A DNA stretch of 64,000 nt from Kiritimatiellia bacterium (lineage in GTDB: Bacteria; Verrucomicrobiota; Kiritimatiellia; RFP12; DVOR01), in NCBI GenBank assembly GCA_900771325.1, contig CAAGNN010000031.1, forward strand, positions 4,326 through 68,325, written 5' to 3'. A program made the translations under genes and the position numbers. The notes beneath the pieces are model-generated. The model ran no database searches. It was not told the DNA's origin and saw only the letters and a program-made list of their open reading frames with translations. This document shows, in pieces, positions 54,665 to 61,411 of the stretch; position 1 is the stretch's first letter, and each line of letters begins with the position of its first letter.

Positions 54665-54682
54665 AGGGAAAGGAGCCAAGCC

Positions 54683-55681
54683 TTACTTGGAAGCCTCTTC
54701 CACTGCCACGGCCACGGCCACGGTGGCACCAACCATCGGGTTGTTGCCCATACCGATGAGGCCCATCATCTCGACGTGCGCGGGCACCGAGGAGGAACCG
54801 GCGAACTGCGCGTCCGAGTGCATGCGGCCCATCGTGTCGGTCATGCCGTAGGAGGCGGGACCGGCGGCCATATTGTCGGGGTGGAGGGTGCGGCCGGTGC
54901 CGCCGCCCGAAGCGACCGAGAAGTACTTCTTACCAGCCAGGACGCACTCCTTCTTGTAGGTGCCGGCCACGGGGTGCTGGAAGCGGGTGGGGTTGGTGGA
55001 GTTGCCGGTGATGGAAACGTCCACACCCTCCTGCCACATAATCGCCACGCCCTCGCGGACGTCATCGGCGCCGTAGCAGCGGACCTTGGCGCGCGGGCCA
55101 TCAGAGAAGGGAATCTCCTTGGTGATGGCGAGCTTGCCGGTGAAGTAGTCGAACTCGGTCTCCACGAAGGTGAAGCCATTGATGCGGCTGATGATGTAGG
55201 CCGCGTCCTTACCCAGGCCGTTGAGGCACACGCGCAGGGGCTCCTTGCGGACCTTGTTGGCCTTCATCGCAATGCCGATGGCGCCTTCGGCGGCGGCGAA
55301 AGATTCGTGGCCGGCGAGGAAGCAGAAGCACTTGGTCTCTTCGCGCAGGAGCATCGCGCCCAGGTTGCCGTGGCCAATGCCGACCTTGCGGTCGTCAGCC
55401 ACAGAGCCGGGAATGCAGAAAGCCTGGAGGCCTTCGCCGATGGCTTCGGCCGCGTCGGCAGCCTTGGTGCAGCCCTTCTTGATGGCGATGGCCGCGCCGA
55501 CGGTGTAAGCCCACTTCGCGTTCTCGAAGCAGATCTTCTGGATGTTCTCGGTGATTTCGTAGGGGTCGAAGCCCTTAGCCTTGCAGATCTCGCGGCATTC
55601 CTCGATGGACTTGATGCCATACTTCTCGAGGACGGGCGTAATCTGGTTGATGCGGCGTTCGTAGGATTCAAAGAGTGCCAT
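54683..55681 (-). CDS. GGGtGRT-family protein (function unknown)
   Basis: Contains the eponymous SGGGTGRT motif (VASGGGTGRTLHPD). RBS aaggagg before ATG 55681. Confidence 0.8.
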   Translation of the reverse strand: MALFESYERRINQITPVLEKYGIKSIEECREICKAKGFDPYEITENIQKICFENAKWAYTVGAAIAIKKGCTKAADAAEAIGEGLQAFCIPGSVADDRKVGIGHGNLGAMLLREETKCFCFLAGHESFAAAEGAIGIAMKANKVRKEPLRVCLNGLGKDAAYIISRINGFTFVETEFDYFTGKLAITKEIPFSDGPRAKVRCYGADDVREGVAIMWQEGVDVSITGNSTNPTRFQHPVAGTYKKECVLAGKKYFSVASGGGTGRTLHPDNMAAGPASYGMTDTMGRMHSDAQFAGSSSVPAHVEMMGLIGMGNNPMVGATVAVAVAVEEASK

Positions 55682-55694
55682 GGTGGTGTCCTCC

Positions 55695-56408
55695 TTATTC
55701 GTGACGGGGGTCGATGGACTTCACGGCACCCTGCTCCTCGGTCACGCGGCCGTAGGTGCCGGTGCAAGCCTTGAGCGCCTCGTTGGCGTCCTGGCCCTTC
55801 TTGACCGCTTCCATAAACTTGCCCATGTGGACAAACTCATAGCCGCAGACCTCGCTGTTCTTGTCGAGGTAGATCTTCTTGACGTAGCCCTCGGCCATTT
55901 CAAGGTAGCGCACGCCCTTCTGCGCGGTGGAGTACATCGTGCCGACCTGCGAGCGCAGGCCCTTGCCGAGGTCCTCAAGGCCGGCGCCGATCGGCAGACC
56001 GCCCTCGGAGAAGGCGCTCTGGGTGCGCCCGTAGACAATCTGCAGATAGAGTTCGCGCATCGCGGTGTTGATCGCATCGCACACCAGGTCGGTGTTCAGC
56101 GCTTCCTGGATGGTCTTGCCGGGGAGCACTTCGGCCGCCATCGCCGCCGAGTGGGTCATACCCGAGCAGCCAATCGTCTCGACCAACGCTTCCTGGATCA
56201 CGCCTTCCTTGACATTGAGCGTGAGCTTGCAGGCGCCCTGCTGCGGCGCGCACCAACCCACACCGTGGGTGAGACCGGAAATATCCTTCGTCTCGTAAGC
56301 CTTCACCCACTTCCCCTCTTCGGGAATCGGGGCGGGGGCGTGCTTGGCGCCCTTGGCGACCATCGTCATATGCTCGACTTCGCTCGAGCAAGCGTAGGGA
56401 CAACTCAT
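55695..56408 (-). CDS. NifU/IscU-like iron-sulfur cluster scaffold domain protein
   Basis: GVGWCAPQQGACKLTLNVKEGVIQEALVETIGCSGMTHSAAMAAE resembles the IscU/NifU N-terminal domain Cys pattern. It lies 13 nt upstream of the GGGtGRT gene. Confidence 0.65.
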   Translation of the reverse strand: MSCPYACSSEVEHMTMVAKGAKHAPAPIPEEGKWVKAYETKDISGLTHGVGWCAPQQGACKLTLNVKEGVIQEALVETIGCSGMTHSAAMAAEVLPGKTIQEALNTDLVCDAINTAMRELYLQIVYGRTQSAFSEGGLPIGAGLEDLGKGLRSQVGTMYSTAQKGVRYLEMAEGYVKKIYLDKNSEVCGYEFVHMGKFMEAVKKGQDANEALKACTGTYGRVTEEQGAVKSIDPRHE

Positions 56409-56593
56409 GTTTCCTCCTTAAGGTTGAAAGTGGCCCCCATTATACCGCACTCACGCCCCGCGCGCAAGGGGGTGCGCCTCCGGCGCGTGAACGGTGAGCG
56501 GAGAACGGTGAACGGTGGGAGGCCCTGCACACCCTAATATTAAGGCGTACGCGCGCGCACGCGCGGGGCCCGGACCGGCCTGCGGCGCAGGCC

Positions 56594-56815
56594 GTGCAAA
56601 ACTAACTCGCCCCGGGGCCGGGGTCAACCCGGGGCGGGTCGGGGGTCAACCCGGGGCGGATAAAAATGTAAAGCGCCCCGGGGCCAAAACGAACCCGGGG
56701 CGGATGCGAGGCGAACCCGGGGCGGATGCGAGGCGAACCCGGGGCGGATGCAAGGTGAACCCGGGGCGGGTCGAGGGTGAACCCGGGGCGGATGCGCCTG
56801 AAGGTCGGCCCGGGT
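56594..56815. repeat. Composite 22-bp CCCGGGG-core tandem array (left flank of the RiPP cluster)
   Basis: gtgcaaaactaactcgccccgggg, then (g)gtcaacccggggcgggtcggg units, a central aaaaatgtaaagcgccccggggccaaaacgaacccgggg, then gcgaacccggggcggatgcgag units. It is preceded by gtacgcgcgcgcacgcgcg (56547-56565). Confidence 0.9.
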
Positions 56816-56908
56816 GCCGTTCCGCCCCCGGTCCGTCCATCGCGGTACGCGCGCAAGTTGCTAACCGCTATCCGCTAACCGCTGACGAGCGAAGTGCGCG
56901 TTTTTGCA

Positions 56909-56937
56909 TTGACATCAGAGACGGGGTGAGGTATACT
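56909..56937 (+). promoter_or_regulatory. Consensus sigma70 promoter (TTGACA, 17 nt, TATACT) of the leader and RiPP operon
   Basis: 56909-56914 TTGACA, 56932-56937 TATACT. Predicted TSS at A56945. Confidence 0.7.
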
Positions 56938-56944
56938 GCGGGCC

Positions 56945-57270
56945 ACATAGTTTGATTCTGGCGATGTCCTAGACCTCTCGCCGTCTCAGACGCTAAAAGT
57001 TGCGTCACGCAACCTTTCGTTCGATGGAAACTACCACCCTCCACGCGAGAACGAACAGGCTGCGGAGACGCGCTAGGGTTATCCCTGGCGTGTTTCCCCG
57101 TACTGTTTTCTCGCAGGGCTGTGGTAGGCCTCCATCGGAAACAATCGGCAGGAGACACGCCTTTATTGTTTTCCTTCCCCTTGTCTGTTTGGTTGCGCGG
57201 TCGCCTCCCGATGGAGGCCTCGGCGGGTGCCGATGTGTCTGTAGCGGGAAGAGGTGTAACCCAGCCCAGG
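56945..57270 (+). ncRNA. Structured 5' leader RNA, copy 2 (conserved part 56945-57167)
   Basis: Paralog of 37220-37475 with the same TSS-proximal sequence ACATAGTTTGATTCTGGCGATGTCCTAGACCTCTCGCCGTCTCAGACGC. Compensatory changes are present in the helices. Confidence 0.6.
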
Positions 57271-57281
57271 CAGGAGGGCGT

Positions 57282-57569
57282 ATGCGTGTAGATTGGAAGG
57301 CGAAGGTCATCATTCCGGATGACAACGCGAGCGGGGCGGCCGATTCGCCGCTTGCGGGGTGGCGCATTGTCAAAGCCAAGCACGGCTGGATGAACCTGCC
57401 CGACCGCGAGAGTGTGAGTACGTGGGGGACGCACCTCACGCGCGCACTCTTGGCCGAGTATCTCGCGCAGGTGCAGGTGACCGAACAGGCCCTTGCGCCC
57501 GATGAACCTCGCTATCATATCGCCGTGCCACCGTGCCAAGTGCGCTTGGAGACGCACCTGACCCCCTAA
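57282..57569 (+). CDS. Hypothetical 95-aa protein, first ORF of the RiPP operon
   Basis: RBS caggaggg 4 nt before ATG 57282 (MRVDWKAKVIIPDDN...). The upstream part of track ORF 57000..57569 overlies the leader RNA and is rejected. Confidence 0.5.
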   Translation: MRVDWKAKVIIPDDNASGAADSPLAGWRIVKAKHGWMNLPDRESVSTWGTHLTRALLAEYLAQVQVTEQALAPDEPRYHIAVPPCQVRLETHLTP

Positions 57570-57652
57570 CTCTTTCCCGCGAGGCGACTTTGGCGTGTGC
57601 CGGAGGCTTCGCGGTGTCACAATGGGGCCAATGCCCCAGAAAGGAGCCTACT

Positions 57653-57790
57653 ATGGCTTATCAGAAACCCGAAGTCGTGGCGAAGTCTGCCGCGAAGGAA
57701 TCCTTCGTCGCCGGCTGCCCGGCGGAAAAGGTCCAATGCACCGATTGCTACTGGAACAACCAGCAGTGCATGTGCGGTCCTTTGAACTAA
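57653..57790 (+). CDS. RiPP precursor peptide, 45 aa with 5 Cys in the C-terminal 24 residues
   Basis: MAYQKPEVVAKSAAKESFVAGCPAEKVQCTDCYWNNQQCMCGPLN. RBS aaaggag at 57640-57646. It lies immediately upstream of two radical SAM/SPASM genes. Confidence 0.75.
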   Translation: MAYQKPEVVAKSAAKESFVAGCPAEKVQCTDCYWNNQQCMCGPLN

Positions 57791-57799
57791 GGGCCGTGT

Positions 57800-57836
57800 G
57801 GCACCTCCGCCTTCGGGCGGGGGTGCCTTATATATA
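57800..57836 (+). terminator. Strong hairpin (12-bp stem, TTCG loop) plus T/A tract right after the precursor gene; putative partial terminator/attenuator
   Basis: ggcacctccgcc-ttcg-ggcgggggtgcc followed by ttatatata. The RBS of the next gene follows directly. Confidence 0.5.
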
Positions 57837-57848
57837 AGGAGGAAGACG

Positions 57849-59204
57849 ATGAGGTTAAGGGCGGATGTCTTTGTGCGGCACGCGGAGGGGGAGTCGCTTG
57901 TGGCGGCGCCGCGGCGTGGGGGGAGTTTGGTGTTGCAGGGGGCGGAGGTCTTCTTGGAGGCGATTCCACGTGGGGCGGCACCCGGGGTGACGGTTGAGGA
58001 GATTGCCGATCGGGTGGCGGCGGCCTTTGAGTGCTCCGTGGCCGAGGTGGCGGCGGATGTGCGCGACTTCGTGGCACTGCTCGCGCGCGAAGGGTATCTG
58101 GAGGGAATGGAGAGCCCGGCGGCCGGGGTCAGCGCCGGAACACAGGCGGCAACGGTTGCGGCAGAGGCAGAACCTGAAGATGAAGAGACTGCGCTGGGGG
58201 ACTTCTACCGCCGGCACGGATTGCCCGCCGAGTTGCATCTGGATTTGACCGATGGCTGCAACGAACGTTGCGTCCACTGCTATCTGCCGAGCGGGCGGGC
58301 ACACTTCATTGAGCGGGAGCTGGCCTTCAAGGTGTTGAGGGAGTTCCGTGCGGCAGGGGGGCTGACGGTGATGATTTCGGGGGGAGAGTGCCTCTTACAC
58401 CCGGACTTTGAGGCAATTGTGCGGGAGGCACGACGGCTGGAGCTGAATATCATCCTCCTCTCGAACCTTACGCGGTGCACAGCGCAGACGGTGGCACTCC
58501 TCCGGGAGGTGCAGCCGCAGTTCGTGAACGTCTCGCTCTACGCGGCCCAGGCCGAAGTGCACGATGCCATCACGCGCCTGGCGGGCTCGTGGGAGAAGAC
58601 GGTCCGGGCGATTGACGCACTCTTGGCGGCCGGAGTGCCGGTGCGTCTGGCCACGCCGCTGATGCGCCCCAATCGCCACGCGGTAGCGGGGTTGCAAGCC
58701 TTTGCGCGCGAACGCGGTGTCCACGTGATTTTCGACTGCGACATCTTTGGGCGGATGGACCACGACTGCTCGAACCAGGCAGTCGCCCTCACCCTCGCGG
58801 AGTTGGAGGCGCTCCTGCGCGAGCACGGGGCGGCCTTGCTCCATCCGCCGGCGCCGGCAGCGCGCTGTGCGTGCGAGGCGAAGGTCTGCGACATTGGCGA
58901 TGCGCGGCTGAATGTCAACGCCCAGGGCGACTACTATCCGTGCGACGGTTTCCACGGAATGGTGCTGGGCAACGCGCACCGCGACACGCTTGAGGCCGTC
59001 TGGCACGGCGAGAAGCTGAATGCGCTACGCGCTTGGCGCAATCGCGACTTTGGCGCGTGTGGCACCTGCGCGAATCGGGCGTGGTGCAAGGTCTGCGCCA
59101 TGCGCAACTTTAATGAAACGGGCGATTGCTTTACCCACGCGCCGGTGCGGTGCGCGGTGGCGGCGCTCAAGCGGCAAGTGGCCCTCGGGGCGAAAGGAGT
59201 CTAA
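57849..59204 (+). CDS. Radical SAM/SPASM peptide maturase 1 with N-terminal PqqD-like RRE domain
   Basis: RBS aaggagg. N-terminal ~85 aa are PqqD-like (VTVEEIADRVAAAFECSVAEVAADVRDFVALLAREGYL). CNERCVHCY is the CX3CX2C motif. The C-terminus is Cys-rich and SPASM-like (GDYYPCDG..CGTCANRAWCKVCAMRN). Confidence 0.85.
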   Translation: MRLRADVFVRHAEGESLVAAPRRGGSLVLQGAEVFLEAIPRGAAPGVTVEEIADRVAAAFECSVAEVAADVRDFVALLAREGYLEGMESPAAGVSAGTQAATVAAEAEPEDEETALGDFYRRHGLPAELHLDLTDGCNERCVHCYLPSGRAHFIERELAFKVLREFRAAGGLTVMISGGECLLHPDFEAIVREARRLELNIILLSNLTRCTAQTVALLREVQPQFVNVSLYAAQAEVHDAITRLAGSWEKTVRAIDALLAAGVPVRLATPLMRPNRHAVAGLQAFARERGVHVIFDCDIFGRMDHDCSNQAVALTLAELEALLREHGAALLHPPAPAARCACEAKVCDIGDARLNVNAQGDYYPCDGFHGMVLGNAHRDTLEAVWHGEKLNALRAWRNRDFGACGTCANRAWCKVCAMRNFNETGDCFTHAPVRCAVAALKRQVALGAKGV

Positions 59205-59206
59205 GA

Positions 59207-60643
59207 ATGGTTTTGCGATTGGCACGGCAGACGTTTGTGCGCCATTACGGGGAGTTCTCGTATCTCTTTGGCAAGGTGACGGCCTTTGACCAGGTCTTCC
59301 GCCACGCCGAGCCCTTCCTGCGGCCGCTGACGCGCGAGGCGAAGGATTGGGAGGCGGTGGTCGATGAGGTGTGGCACGCCTTTGAGGGCGTTTCGCGTGC
59401 CGAGGTGGCGGCGGACTTCGAGGCCTTCATCCGCCCGCTGATTGAGGCGGGGGTTATCCTGTGCGGCGCATCACCCGAGGCCTTGGAGGCGCTTGAACCG
59501 CGCTTTACCTACGCGGTTGATGACCCCAAGACCCTTGCGAACGAGAAGGTCTACACCCAGGCAGAAGCCGAGGCCCTGCCGGCCACGCTCCTGGATCGCT
59601 ACTTTGCCGAGCACCCGACGCTCTTTTCTCTGCAGTTAGACATCACCCAGGCCTGCACCGAGCGTTGCCGCCACTGCTATGTGCCCGAGTATAATCCGCT
59701 CTTCCTGCCCTACGAGAAGATCTGCGAGGTGCTCGACGACTTCCGCGCGATGGGCGGACTGCACATCTCCCTCTCGGGCGGAGAGTGTATGCTCCACCCC
59801 GACTTCATCCGCATTGTCCGCGCCATTCGCGAGCGCGATTGCACGGTCGCCTGCCTGAGCAACCTCACCGTGATGAGCGATGAGATCCTCGCCGCACTCG
59901 TGGAGGCCGATGCCACCGTCCAAGTGTCGCTCTACTCGATGGAGCCGGAGATTCACGACGAGGTGACGCGCCGCAAGGGCTCCTGGCGCGAGACGATGGG
60001 CGCGATTGTGCGTCTGCGCGCGGCGGACATCCCCGTGCGCATCTCCTGCCCCTGTTTGCGCATCAACTACAAGGGCTACCCGGCCGTGCTCGCCTTTGCC
60101 AAAAGCCTCAAGATGAGCGCGCAGACCGACTTCATCATTATGGGCAAGTCCGACTGCGACACCTCAAACCTCTGTAATCGCCTCACCCTCCCCGAGACCC
60201 GCGAGCTGCTGGAGGATGTCATCCTCCGCTCCGTGCCGATGAATAGCGAATACTTCAACCCCGCCAAGAAGGAGCATCTGCTCGACGATGCCACCTGGGC
60301 GCGCCAGAAGGCCTGCGGCGCGTGCGTCAACTCCCTCTGCCTCAACGCCTCGGGCGAGTATTATCCGTGCCCGGGCTTTGCCGGCTTCCCGCTGGGGAGT
60401 TGCTACAACATGAGCCTGAAGGAGGTGTGGCTCAACTCGCCCGTCACCCAGCGTTTGCGCGCCGTCACCAAGGGCGACTTCCAGCATTGCGTTGGGTGCC
60501 CGGACCGCGACTACTGCTCTCAGTGCATGTGCCGCAACTACAACGAGACGGGCGAACTCTTCACCCCCGCCAAACACTTCTGTCAGGTTGCCGCCCTCAA
60601 CCACGAGATCGTCGACCAGAAGCAAGCAACCTACCGCTCCTGA
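59207..60643 (+). CDS. Radical SAM/SPASM peptide maturase 2 with N-terminal PqqD-like RRE domain
   Basis: RBS aaaggag. RRE-like N-terminus (DWEAVVDEVWHAFEGVSRAEVAADFEAFIRPLIEAGVI), CTERCRHCY, SPASM-like C-terminus (GEYYPCPG..CVGCPDRDYCSQCMCRN). It is a paralog of the preceding gene. Confidence 0.85.
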   Translation: MVLRLARQTFVRHYGEFSYLFGKVTAFDQVFRHAEPFLRPLTREAKDWEAVVDEVWHAFEGVSRAEVAADFEAFIRPLIEAGVILCGASPEALEALEPRFTYAVDDPKTLANEKVYTQAEAEALPATLLDRYFAEHPTLFSLQLDITQACTERCRHCYVPEYNPLFLPYEKICEVLDDFRAMGGLHISLSGGECMLHPDFIRIVRAIRERDCTVACLSNLTVMSDEILAALVEADATVQVSLYSMEPEIHDEVTRRKGSWRETMGAIVRLRAADIPVRISCPCLRINYKGYPAVLAFAKSLKMSAQTDFIIMGKSDCDTSNLCNRLTLPETRELLEDVILRSVPMNSEYFNPAKKEHLLDDATWARQKACGACVNSLCLNASGEYYPCPGFAGFPLGSCYNMSLKEVWLNSPVTQRLRAVTKGDFQHCVGCPDRDYCSQCMCRNYNETGELFTPAKHFCQVAALNHEIVDQKQATYRS

Positions 60644-61410
60644 TGATCTGCGACGCGCATATCCACGTCGGCCCCTTCCACCACTTGCGCCGGGGCGAAT
60701 GGCGGCTCTGCCGCTACACCCCGCGCGAGGTGTGCCACGCGCTGAAAGGTGCCGGTGTGGCGCACTTCATCTTCTCCTCCCTCGCCGCCCAACGCGGGGT
60801 GCCCTATCACGCCATTGCGCGCGCGGCGCGGTCCGTCCGCCGCCGCTTTGGGCCCGGCGCACACCCCTTCTATTGGCTCACGGCCGCGTACTATCGGGAA
60901 GACCCCACCCTGACGCGTCTGGCGGAGGGACCCTGGGAGGGGATTAAGCTCCACGGCTTGGAGACCCCGTGGGCCACCGCCTATCCCGAGGAACTCGAGC
61001 ACATCCTGACCGTGGCCGAGGCACGCAACCTGCCGGTGCAGATTCACTGCGGTGAAGATCCCACCGTGCGGCCGGCCGTCTGGCTTCCCTTTGTCCTGCG
61101 CCATCCGGGCGTACGCTGCGACTTTGCCCACCTGCGTCCGCTGGAGGAGACCCTGGAGGCGCTGCGCCGTTGCCCTAACCTCTTCGTTGATAGCGCCTTT
61201 GCCTCCGTCGACACCGCCTTGCAAGTCTGCGCCGCCGGCTTTGCCAATCGGCTCCTCTTCGGCACCGACTTCCCCATCCAAGCCAGCTTCCGCCCCCAAG
61301 CCCTGCGCAAACTCTACGCTTCGCAACTGCGGCCAGAGGCCAAGCGCCTCGCCGCGCACTGCCCCTGCCAAGAGACCTTCTGCCGCTTCCTGCGCGGTCC
61401 AACCCCCTGA
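60643..61410 (+). CDS. Amidohydrolase-2-like metal-dependent hydrolase (TIM barrel)
   Basis: MICDAHIHVG (HxH at the N-terminus), an internal QIHCGED, and LLFGTDFP near the C-terminus. TGATG overlap with maturase 2. Confidence 0.65.
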   Translation: MICDAHIHVGPFHHLRRGEWRLCRYTPREVCHALKGAGVAHFIFSSLAAQRGVPYHAIARAARSVRRRFGPGAHPFYWLTAAYYREDPTLTRLAEGPWEGIKLHGLETPWATAYPEELEHILTVAEARNLPVQIHCGEDPTVRPAVWLPFVLRHPGVRCDFAHLRPLEETLEALRRCPNLFVDSAFASVDTALQVCAAGFANRLLFGTDFPIQASFRPQALRKLYASQLRPEAKRLAAHCPCQETFCRFLRGPTP

Positions 61411-61411
61411 T

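Noticed and set aside
52150-56537. 52150..53511(-), 53704..54570(-), 54608..55774(+), 55680..56537(+)
   Set aside because: They are antisense to the aminotransferase, rsmB, GGGtGRT and NifU-like genes, each supported by family motifs and RBSs.
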